Shown in pieces: positions 1 through 11,600 of a stretch of 20,000 nucleotides of DNA. A program made the position numbers and the translations under genes. Numbering within the stretch: position 1 is the stretch's first letter; every line of letters begins with the position of its first letter. Origin of the DNA: Paramecium tetraurelia (taxonomy: Eukaryota). The notes below the pieces were generated by a model. That model did not search any database. It was not told the origin of the DNA and saw nothing but the letters and a program-made list of their open reading frames with translations. The stretch is taken from assembly GCA_000165425.1 (NCBI GenBank), contig CT868072.1, forward strand, positions 114,563 to 134,562, written 5' to 3'.

Positions 1-854
1 TAATCAAATCCAATGCTTGAGGAGTGGCTTTTGGAAAATAGTTTGTAAATCCAATTCTCTAGCCTTTAGGAATATTGTTGACGATTTGAGAGGCCAAGGG
101 TGCTTAGACACTTTCCAATTCAGAGGTGGTTGGTCTGCCTATGACTTCAAGAACCCTTTCGATTTGATTGAGTGTGGAACTACCAGGGAAGATAGGTTTG
201 CCATTAATCATTTCTCCCAGGATGCAACCAACTGACCACATGTCTACAGCTTTGGTATATTGGGTGGATCCAAGGAGAATTTCAGGAGCTCGATACCAGC
301 GAGTTGCTACATACTCAGTCAGAATGGAAGTTTCATCGATTTGATTTAGTAGACTTCTAGCTAGGCCGAAGTCTGCAACTTTGACATTACATTCTGCATC
401 GAGTAACACGTTTGATGGTTTAAGATCTCTATGTATGATTTCAGCAGAGTGAATGTATTTTAATGCTTTGAGTATTTAATAGATAATATATCTGAAATTA
501 AAGTTTAAGATTATACCTCTAGTGTATTTCTTCGAGGATTCCTCCTCTAATTACAGCATGGAGGTCTGTTTCCATGAAATCGAAAACAATATACAGATCT
601 TTGTTATTATCTGCTCGATGAATATTGGTCATTCGAATAACATTGTCGTGGAGCATCTCCTGTAAAAACATGACTTCTCGAAATGTGCGTTGTGCATCAG
701 TGGCATTATGAAATGCATCAAATACTTTTTTGAGTGCTACAGTTTATTTTGTTTTTCGATCTATGGCTTTCCAGACTACTCCATATGCTCCTTTCCCCAT
801 TTTCTGTAATACTTCATACTTCTGCATTATGTGGGACTCGATTTCTTCGGTCAT
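1..854 (-). CDS. MAPK15: MAP kinase, ERK7/ERK8 (MAPK15) family. The 3' end runs off the window. Exons are 854-517 and 491-<1.
   Basis: Code-6 translation from the ATG at 854: [67 protein letters not shown]...[11 protein letters not shown]...DFGLARS...[18 protein letters not shown]...[12 protein letters not shown]. It has the TEY activation loop, and the '[14 protein letters not shown]' segment is characteristic of ERK7/MAPK15. In-frame TAA/TAG fall at Gln positions. Confidence 0.93.
492..516 (-). other. 25-nt spliceosomal intron in the MAPK gene
   Basis: Minus strand reads gtataatcttaaactttaatttcag. Removing it restores the kinase frame ([22 protein letters not shown]). Confidence 0.93.
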
Positions 855-883
855 TTTAAAAAAATTAACTGTTAAAAATAATT
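855..883. promoter_or_regulatory. 29-bp AT-rich divergent intergenic spacer (putative bidirectional promoter / 5' UTRs)
   Basis: The sequence tttaaaaaaattaactgttaaaaataatt lies between the MAPK ATG (-, 854) and the first in-frame ATG of the RING gene (+, 884). The promoter function is inferred. Confidence 0.45.
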
Positions 884-1720
884 ATGAAGAAACATAAATC
901 CTACATCAATTACGAAGACATTATTGATAAACCTACTCCATTGATCAATATGTAATAATCATTTAATCTTAACGTGAATGTCAAATAACTCAAATAATAA
1001 TAATCATCTCCACATATCCCTCTCATTAATCCTAAGAAACCTTATCTTCAATCCAGAACCAATAATCGAAATAGTCTCCCAGTCATACGCTCTGCTATGC
1101 AATCACAAATTATGGACAGAGATACCCAATTTAATCAAAAGGAGCATGAAAAATTAAAAACTGATTATGAAAACCTTAAAATTGAGTATTCTAAGTAAGA
1201 ATCGCTTGTCTAGCAATTGATGAATGAGAATGGCCTATTGAAGAGTCTCAATGCTGACCTTAAAAATTAGGTTGATGATCTTAAAATCAATATCAAAAGG
1301 TATCAATAGAATGATGAAGCTGCTTACTAATAATATCTCTCAAATTAATAAGAGTTAATTATAAAAGAATTAAAATCGAAGATTAATTAATTGTCTGAGA
1401 AATTGATTCTTAAAGAAAAACAAGAGAGCCAACCAGCCAATTATCTTCTTTACGTGAATGAGATTCAAAGTTTGTGTCTGGATCTAAAGAGGCACTTGGA
1501 ATGCAAGTACTGCGGAAAGGAATTGAAAGATCCAGTAACACTAATTCCATGTGCTCATTCGTATTGCAAAGGATGTAGAAAGGGTTATTCCAATGATTGT
1601 TTTTTGTGTGGTAAAGAACTAAAATTAGAGGCGGTGTATCTAAATTAATTTATGATTGACATGATGGCATTATATAAACGAAATATTGGACTCATTGAAT
1701 AGTTGAAAAATAATTTATGA
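884..1720 (+). CDS. 278-aa coiled-coil protein with a C-terminal C3HC4 RING finger (putative E3 ubiquitin ligase)
   Basis: Uninterrupted code-6 ORF from ATG 884 to TGA 1718-1720. It has a low-complexity N-terminus, a heptad-rich middle (HEKLKTDYENLKIEYSKQESLVQQLMNENGLLKSLNADLKNQVDDLK) and the RING motif CKYC..LKDPVTLIPCAHSYCKGC.......CFLC. The true start could be a downstream ATG. Confidence 0.85.
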
Positions 1721-2019
1721 ATTAATAATCAAAGAACAAGTCTCTCTATTCCAAAAATATTATTCCTAAACACAATGAGCCCCAAGATATCGAGCATTGT
1801 CGATAGGCAATCAAGTAAATCATTGGCAATAGTGATGCTTCTCGCAATCAAGCATATCATAAGTCTGCCGAAAACCATCACCAACAGCCTTAACTGAAGA
1901 AAAACTTACACTCTACAGTGCAACAGTATAATGAAAATGTCGGCAAGATGTTTACATCCTCTAAGTATGGTGTCGCATACATGTAGAAAAAGGTCATGCA
2001 TAATATTGATTAACTATGA
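1717..2019 (+). CDS. 100-aa hypothetical hydrophilic protein
   Basis: Code-6 ORF MNQQSKNKSLYSKNIIPKHNEPQDIEHCRQAIKQIIGNSDASRNQAYHKSAENHHQQPQLKKNLHSTVQQYNENVGKMFTSSKYGVAYMQKKVMHNIDQL*. GC content is visibly higher than in the flanking spacer and the composition is ciliate-like. No domain is recognisable. Confidence 0.55.
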
Positions 2020-2635
2020 TATATTTGATCCACATTATAACTTTTCTGTTATTACCAACAATTATCTCACTCTCCTTTTTTGGAAGATTACCTTTAAATT
2101 TTTCCAGAATGATTTGGTATCAATTTAAATTTTGATACATATTTAAAGTCGATCATTAATAATACAATTAAGTATTCATCATTTATTCTTAATTTTATTT
2201 ATTCCCCCATCGATAAATTTAATTAAAAAGTATTAAAGAATGTTACAAATCCTTTTTGAAGAAAATTGATAGTATAAATATACGCTGTAAAGATATTTAA
2301 ATATGTCAAACAATCGATTACCAATGTTATTTTATTGTTGTCATCCATTTCAAACTATTTATGTTATTTCTTATATATATAAAAATCTTTTTTATTATAA
2401 TAATATTGATATATAGAAATAACATAAATAAGCATAAATTTTAGATTCCCTCATTTTTCTATCCAAATACCACTATGTGATATTTAATAATAATAAATTT
2501 CTAAAATATATTTAGAAATACTTTTTTAATACATAATAGTAAATATGAATCTAATTATATAAAGTTAATTAGATATATTAATATATATAATGTTATAATA
2601 ATAAATTTTATATTATGTTGAATATGTTATAATTT
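2020..2635. other. AT-rich intergenic region between convergent genes (3' UTRs)
   Basis: GC is very low, especially at 2380-2630. There is no convincing long code-6 ORF. Confidence 0.6.
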
Positions 2636-5600
2636 TCACACTTCAATCATCTCAAAGAAAATATTCGTTGCTGGATTAACAAATATTTTCACTAAAATTG
2701 TTTACAAAAGTCCAGTTGCACCTGATAAACTCAATTGCACTGCCTTGAAAACAATTAATAATTTAATTGGGTCTGATACACAATGAGTGTTTAGGAATCC
2801 CATAATGAAGTTAAGACCCCACATATTTGATCTACTAATATCACCACCAGAATCGCTTGCTTCTAAGGCCATGGCTATTAGGATGAAGTAAATTAACAAT
2901 GTAGTTAAGCCTATGAATATTCCCCATCCTATTTGTCTAACCACAAACACTTTGTGTGGCATCAAGAACAGTATTACAAACATTTCAAAGTTAGACAATA
3001 TAGCCGAGAAAATACTGAATATAACTGATTGTAAAGGTTCCAAGGGCACTTAGAAGAAGATGTTTATGTAGCAAGTGTTAAGTATGGTCATGTATAACAC
3101 ACAGAATCTGATGGGACGAGGCAATCTTCTTTCAAAAATTAAAAAGATGCATAACAATTTATGGAATAGAGCCATAAACAATAGTACATTGGCAAGGGTG
3201 AACTTAAGTTGACATCCACTTTCTAAGAACTTCTTTCGTTTGTAATCTCTATGCCATTATTGAACTATTTGTTCTTTGATTTCATAAGTTGGTTCTGGCT
3301 CTTCTTAGAGATTTTCCTCTTCATTTGAAACATCTAAAAGATCTTTATCCTTCTCTTTTTCTTTTTCTTTCGCTTTATCAGTATGTTTACTCTTATTTCT
3401 CTTTCTCCTTCTCATTGTTGATTTTTTCTTTTGTTTAGGTTCAATGATTTCAGATTAACCAGCTTCTTTGACATCCTTTTCAAATGAGTCCTCTTAATTA
3501 TTTTGAGCAGGTTGATTGACATCAGTGACTTTGATGGCACTAAGTGCACATCCATCATCATCTTAAAGTTGAGGTAAATCATTTGATTGTAATTCCTGAC
3601 AGAAGGGTGGTGTCATATTATCTCTTCTATTGAGGATAGGTGACTCTTTCAATTCTGGATGAAGTTCATACTATTAGCTATCACCCATATCATATTGAAG
3701 TGGTTAATCAGCATAGAGTTATTGCTGTTGTTTTTGTTCTTATTATTGGAATTGCTTTTCTAATTCTAGATTGAATTATTCTAGATCAGCAATACTCTCT
3801 GATTTGAATTATTATTATTATTAATCTTATAAGATTTAAGATTATTATTGTGACTATGATTTCTATTGCTATGATTATGATTTCTATTGTTATGATTATT
3901 ATTATTGTTATTATTGATTTGAAACATTCTTAGATTTAATGGTTGCAATAGACACAGAAGATTTGGAAAATTCAGGTTCCAATTATTTGAAGTATTTAGC
4001 TATTTCAGGTTCCTTTTGCTTTTCTCCTGGTTTCACATCCAAAATGTTTTCAGGAACTTCATAGATACTTTCCATGTTGTCACTATTTTCACTATCTTCT
4101 TCATCATAGACTACTTAATTAGGTGGTTTATCAGAATCATCAGAATCAGATCTATAAGTAGGCTCACTTTAAAGTGGAGGATTGGCATTTTATTCACCTT
4201 TGATTTCATCCATCTATCTAATCTTCATCAATTCTTCTGGTTCGATATCAGGTTGAACCATCTTAATATCCACTGGAGCTTCCTCTTATAATGGGAACTA
4301 GACACTGGTGTTGATTTGTCTCTCAGGATTATCTTGTTATTCCTCAAGTTGCTTTTATTACTCCTATTCTAATCTTAGTTATTCTTCATATTCTTATTAC
4401 AGTTTCTACTCTATTTCCTTTTGCTTTTCCATTTTCAATTTTTGTTATTCTGATCTCTTGGATTGGTTTTCTTCAGCCTTGATTCTAATATATTCTGATT
4501 CAACAAAATGAGGAGCCAATAATTTCTTCTCATAATCTTCCCTATCCTTTTTGAATCCATATCTGACTGAAAACACTAAAGCAATAGTCATAATGGCTAA
4601 AGCATAAACAATGACTGATTTGTAGAAAGGGAAGTTGAGTAAGGCTAATAAAGCTTCCATGGAGAATGCCTTAGCGAATTTATCAAATGCTAGAGCATCT
4701 GCAATAGCATCACCAACTGAAGTAGGAGATAGTTCTTCGCATTAGCAAGTGACAGTAACAGCTCCAGTTGCATCAACCAGTGTAACAGATTTACAGTTTC
4801 CTCCTCCTGCACTCCAACTTCCATCAGCACCTTTTCCAATACAAAATATGGCTTAAGATTCTGGTTCTTCATCTAACTCATATAAATCCTAATAATATTG
4901 CATGTTTCTTCTGCCATACAGTCTTCTGAGTCTTCTTAATCTTGCTGCTTTTTTGGCTGCGGTGACTCCAAAGGACATAGGTATTGGTTATTTGGGAACA
5001 ATGACTGATCCATTGGCTAATTTTGGTTCAATGTTTTAGACAGATGCTGGTACAGATCTACTTGGGAAGGAATCGTCAGTTGCATAAGGATTGTTATTGA
5101 ATTCAGCTTAATTGTAAGTAACAGTTGAGATAGAAGTGTCATCAGATGCTGAGGATTCATCATCATCGCTGATTTTGATATCCTTCTTTACTTTAGTGGG
5201 ATCTGCTCCTGCCAAATATTCAGCCATCTTAGAAGGAGTAGCAATAGATGATTTCATAGAGAATGATCCACCTGAGAATACTTTAGGAGGTGCATTGGGA
5301 TCAGCAGTCTATGTTAAACCAAATTTAACAGATTCTTGGACTTTAAACATTTTTGCATTATTCTCCTTCATTTTTTACCAAGCTTCATCAGCATCACTTG
5401 TTGAATTACTGTCAGTTGAATTAGTTGAATTGGTTGATGCAGTTGTACTGGTTGAATCTATAGAATCCATTTAATTCTATCCAGCTGCCAATAGTCCATT
5501 TAATAACCCAGCAGTTCTCATGATGTCATTTTGGAGATTCTCTTTTATTCTAAACGATTTGAAGTCGACATTGCCATTCTCAATATCTCCTTGAAGATCA

Positions 5601-8600
5601 CTGACTCCATTGGTACTGGCTGAAACAATACTATCTGCTTTATCTAATTCAGCATCCATATTTGCAGAACTCATACTCAATTAGATATCTTCATCATTCA
5701 TTAGTTCTTCAATGGATTTGGTCAGAGCACTCTTAGTAGCAACACTGACATCTTGGGATTGCAATTCTTTGAGTGATGCCAAAATATTTTGTTTGAGTGT
5801 GACTAATTTAGACTACTCTGCGTTGACAATAGCTGTTTCATTAGTATCTTGATCAGAAGTTGGGTTATCGATAGTGATATCCTTGACACCAACAGCAAGA
5901 AGGTTAAGTAAATTAATTTACTCTGGGATTGTCAAAGTTGTTCTGTTCTAATAAAGCAAGATAAATCTATCTGTTGCAGCCACAATTTCTGCTAATTATC
6001 TTGATCTGAAGAAATAGGGTAATGGGGAGTACTTATCCTCTTATGATTCTCTCTTTTTCAAAAACTCAGCAACCTAAAGTTTATGTCTAAGATCTGCTTT
6101 ATTCAATCCGACTACAACTGATGATGTAAGGTTTGTTAAGGCTCCCAAAGAATCTGATACTGATGCCATCAGAACTATGAATGGTTGAGTTACAGCTGAA
6201 TCACTCAAAGGATTTGGTAGAATAGTATTCAATTCATCGTCTATTGAGTAATCAAGTAATAGAATCTGATTTAGTGAAGCAGCCTTCAAAATGTCATTGT
6301 CGTATTGAGTGGGAGAGTAGTAGAGTGTAAACTTATAAGTGAATGGTGAATCGCTATCTTCACAATCAACCACTTTTATAGTGAATTAGGTATCAAAGGA
6401 AAGCCCACTAGTAGGAGATACCTTTATTTTACAGTTACGAGGTGGCAAATTGATATTAATAAGTAATGTAGTTGTGGAAGGCATGAAGAATTGAGGATTG
6501 TAAACAGATGCCCTGAATCCTAATTAAGCAAGATCAGTTAAATCATAGAAACTATCCCAGAACTTTATAGTTATTGAGGTGAAGTAGAATCTTAATGTTG
6601 CCACTACATTGAAATCATATACTATTGCACCACCATAGTACAGACTATCTGGATTCTTCGTGGGATATAAGAATTTAATGCTGATTTCTTAATTCATGTT
6701 AACTCTCTTTGAAGTCAAATATTCAGGTCTCTTGAGTTCTAAAACTGGGATGTCTAATTCCACAATTACAATAACTGCCTAAGCAACCTCAAACAATTCA
6801 CCTTTGGTACCATTCAAGTAGAAATTATAGGCATTATAAGGCACTAATCTTTTTGCTGGAACAAATTGAGAGGTGGTTCTATTAAGTGGAATTTCTTCAT
6901 CGTACACATCTGAACATGGTAGATTAGTATTTAGATTCACACATTTCCATACCAACTCAATTCCTACACTCTAATCTGTTTTAATATTGGGATCCTTTGC
7001 CCATCCATTCACTCTCAAAGGTACAGCATATCCATTCATTCTATTTCCTCCTTCAATTTCAACTTATAATCCTTAATTCAATAGTGTAATATCAACTGTG
7101 TAATTTGCTGAAATTGGTTTGGTTGTTAGAGTAGCTACCAAAGTTACTTGATATTAGAAACCACCTTTTCCTGAATAAGGAGGGATGTCTAGTTGAACAA
7201 ATTGAACATCTGGAGCTTTTACACCTGTAAGAGCAGTGGTATCCTATAGAAGATATGATTCAACAGTTCCCTTCTTAGCTTTATTTGACATCCACTCATA
7301 ACTGATTGTTGATGCTATAATTTCTGTAGTTCCAGATAGACAACTTTAATGAATGATTGTACCCACTAATTTGATTCTTGCATTTGTGTAATACACATGT
7401 GGGGCTAGTTCTTCAATTGATACAAATGGTGATTCATAAGTAGTAGTTGAAACCTAGTAATCTGAACTGAACTCTGTATTCAAGAAATTGGTGAATGTGT
7501 ATTTAAATACATACTTTGAGTATTCAGATAATAACAAAGGTGGAATTTCAATTTTACTACTCTTGGCGGCATTTGCAGTGTCAAATAAACCTTAGATTCT
7601 TCCTCTGACACTAGAGTTTTCTGGTTCAATTGAGACTATTGACCATGATTTCATATTCAACCCTCTACCACCATCATTGAATATTTAACTTGGGAAGAAT
7701 ATGATCTTGCTGCATAAATTGCTATATTATGGGCCTGTAAATTTAACATAGGCAGCAGCAGGAGCATCTGGACCATTAATTTTGGCTGCCAAGAAGTTTG
7801 TGTAAAATATTCCTTAACAATCCTTCCTACCTATTACTGATTTCAGATTTAATGTGAGTAAGCCACCTATTAAAAATTAAGCATTATTTCCAAAGACTAT
7901 TAATGCCTACTTCTAATTATTAGGATCCACATTACATAAAGGTTTTCCACTTCCTAACTTAGCAAAGTCATCATCGTTGAATAATTTCTGACATACATCT
8001 CTGCTAGGTATAGTTGGGTCATTGATTCCTTTTATTGAGATTATTCCACCCAGATTTATTGTCATGGAATCTAAACTATCCTTCATCTTAATATAAGGCA
8101 CTCCATACTCGCAGGTTCCACATTCAGAGTATCCATGTTATCTTCTATCAATACCTGTAGTTGGACAATTACAAATCTTTACAATATCTGGGCCTTCTCT
8201 ATTACCAGCACAGGTTAAACAACCATTTTTATCACAAGTAACACATTACAGATCACATTTTTAACACTTATCATTGACATCATCATCGAAGTAACCTGAG
8301 TCACATGTGCATTGTTCAGTAAGTATCCTATCACCTCTACAAGTTAAACAATTGGAACTTGAACTAGTACAGCTTGTGCATTTAAAGTCACATTGAGGAC
8401 AGTTTGTAGATTTGCCATCCTCAAAAAGTCCATTTGAGCATAAACATAATTTATAAATTGGATTATCTGGTAATATTGTTGAATATCTATTTCCTTTACA
8501 AGTAATGCAGTAATTGGCTTTGACTGCACAAGTTGAGCAAGTAGGATCACATATTGAACACATTTCCTTTTGAGCAGATGAGTCTTCGTACTTTCCAGCT

Positions 8601-11600
8601 GGGCAAACACAACTTTAACCAACTCTGTCTCCTTTGCAGGTTATACAAACATCACTTTTTCTTTGACAAGTTGCACATTGCCAAGCACATGGTTAACAAA
8701 CAGCATTCTTATTGTCTTCATCATCAAAGTAACCAGGAGGACATGAACAAAATGGTGCATCTTGATTCCTATTAGCCGCACATTTCAAACAATTTATGAA
8801 AGCTTCTTTGCATGTAGAACATTTATAATAGCATTATTCGCAATCAGCAGTATGCGAATCTATCAAATATCCATTTGGACAATCACATTATGGTACTGTA
8901 AGTCTATTTGATGGGCAGCCTCCAGTACAATTATTACTTTTTGTTTAACAACTGTTGCATTGAATTGAACATTCTTGGCATATCAATGAATCGGGATCTC
9001 CATATTTATGATTTCCACAATCTTAAATACATTTTCCATTTAGTAAATATGTCTATATATCAGTATTAGTTTGTTTCTGTGGACATGATAAACAACTAGT
9101 CTCTTTATCATCTGTACATGTTAGACATGATGTGTGACAATCTTGACATTAGAATGTGGAAGGATTAAGGAATGATCTAACAGGACATTCAATATAACAA
9201 GTATTTTTATTTGGATAGAAATAGAGATCAGTAGGACAAGAAGTACATTGATTTGATTCCTTTCCAGTACAATTAAAGCAGAATTTATCACAATTTGTAC
9301 AAACATTACCATTTTTAAAGTATTCATCTGGACAACCAGTTTAACAAGTGTCTTTATATAAATAGTATCCATCCGCACATGCAATACATTAAGTGGATTT
9401 AACACCATCACATTTAGAACATCCTTAATAACACTTTTCACATTTTTGATTGGAATCATTTGAGAAATACCCAGTAGAACACTCCTTAACACATTAACCA
9501 GTAGCAGAAAGATAAGTTGTTGAATAGCAACTGCTACAGTTAGTATCCAAAACTCCAAAGCAAGTCTTACAAGTTGCATTGCAAATCAAACAAATATTAC
9601 CATTAATGCTATCTGCATATGCGTAAGAACCAGCTTAGCATGTGATTCTACAAACATCATTTTCCATATATCTAATTTATGTAGCACCTGTTTTTGGATG
9701 AGTAACTGTTCCACATTTGGTACAATCCAAACTTGTAGAATCTAAGCAAGTCTTACAGGTCCAATCGCAATTTGAGCATTAATATGAATCTAAGTTATTA
9801 TATTTTCCATCGGGACATATCTTGTAACATTGTACATTTTTCAAGACCTTATTAGTATCATAAGTCTAGTCAATAAAGTAATCAGTATCGCATTTAAGGC
9901 ATTTTGTAGATCCTAATAATTTTTCATCATACACACAATTTTAACAATTAGGTACACATCCAACACAAATAGGTTGAGTAGCATGCTTAATATATTTCTC
10001 TGGACATGTACTAACACAATAAGAATCATCAACTCTCAAAGCAATATCTGAACAGGATGGACAAATTGTTGAATTATCATTACAAGTTTTGCATAATCTA
10101 TTACAAAGAACACACGAGTTATTTTCTACAAAATATCCATCTTAACAATTATTTAAGCATCTTGAATTGGACAAAATTAAATGATTACAAGATCTACAAG
10201 CGGTAGGTTAATCATTCAAACAAGTAGAGCAAGAACTATCACAAGTATCAAACAAGCAAACAGAACTTTAAATATCAGGTGAATAGAATTCTCCACATTG
10301 TTATTCACATGTCCAATCATATACTCCGGTATCTGCATTTAATGAAACCTTCAAGAAATAATCAGTTTCACAACTCAAGCATTGATTGTTATCTGGACCA
10401 GTGCATGTAATACATGAAGAATTACAGCTTTAACAATTTTTCTGAGTTGAATCAAAGTAATATCCAGAGGCACAATAATTATAGCAATTGTCTTCGAACA
10501 AGAAGAATTTAGAAGTATCACAAGCATTGCAAGTTGTACCATCAATACATGTCAAACAATTTTCCATACACTTATCACAAGAGTGTGTAGTTTCATTCTA
10601 GAAGTACCCTTCAATACAAGAGATCAAACATTAAGAGTTAAATAGGAAAAGCTTATCGCTGCAACTTAAACATTAATTTGTGGAAGGACCACTGCATGTA
10701 TTGCATGACAAATTACATTGGTTACATTGATCAACATTTAAATAATAACCATCTATACAGGTATCACTGCATATTCCCCCCATAAACATTAAAGTTCCAC
10801 TGCATGTCAAACAATCATTCTCTTCAGGGCCTTAACAAGTTAAACATGTAGTATGACAAAGCTTGCATTTGTTGTCCACAGTGTCAGGATAGTAAGATGT
10901 ATTACAATTTTGTAAGCATTTACCACTTGAATCACTCTCCTAAAGTTTTTGAAGATATAGTTCAAGGGAACAAGAAGTACATTCTTAAATATCATTTCCA
11001 ATGCATTATACACAAGTGTAATGGCAAGAAACGCAAACTTAATCAACGACCACATAACCGTCATTACAACTATCTAAACATTCCCTGTCTTATTTAACCA
11101 AAGGAGCTGAACACTCAGTACAATCTGTTGCATTTGGTCCATCACATTCTTTACATCTTGAATTACATTTGATACAAGATGAGGTGACAGAATATAAATA
11201 GGTACCTGAAGGACATCCAGATGAGCAAGTTCCTTCAAAGAGATAAAACCCTGTAAAGCAGGCTAAACATTAATTGCTTAAGTTTCCTTCACAACTTCTG
11301 CATGATACATGGCATTTATCACAAACCATAATTGAATTATTTCTGTAAGTTAACGGTGGACATTTAGACACACAATTATAAGAAAGTAGATCTGATACAA
11401 TATCACCATATAATTGTTAATCTGTTGAAGTTCCATCTTAATTAGGCACTGATTAAGTTGGGCATTAAGTTACACAACTGTTCAAAGACAAATAGTAATT
11501 CACTTGATAATTATTGATGTTTTTATTCATGCATGCTGTGCAACTATTAGCCGAAGAACTTGTGCAACTTCTGCAATTTGTTGCGCATAATTAGCATGTT

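Noticed and set aside
2117..2138. Hairpin GTATCAA-N8-TTGATAC
   Set aside because: A 7-bp AT-rich stem is likely by chance here, and there are no snoRNA, tRNA or terminator hallmarks.
1729..2175. Long stop-free minus-strand frame antisense to the 100-aa ORF
   Set aside because: Long shadow frames are expected when TGA is the only stop. It has no ATG near its 5' end and its composition is typical of an antisense frame.
1995..2210. Short minus-strand ORF-like pieces (MGEQQKLRINDEY...KKGE*; ILEKFKGNLPKKESEIIVG...)
   Set aside because: They are under 50 aa, in different frames, with no canonical tiny intron joining them and no recognisable homology.
2160..2635. Possible retained IES or transposon remnant in the AT-rich spacer
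   Set aside because: There is only a partial TAYAG-like end near 2283-2289 with no matching partner. It cannot be supported without a MIC/MAC comparison.
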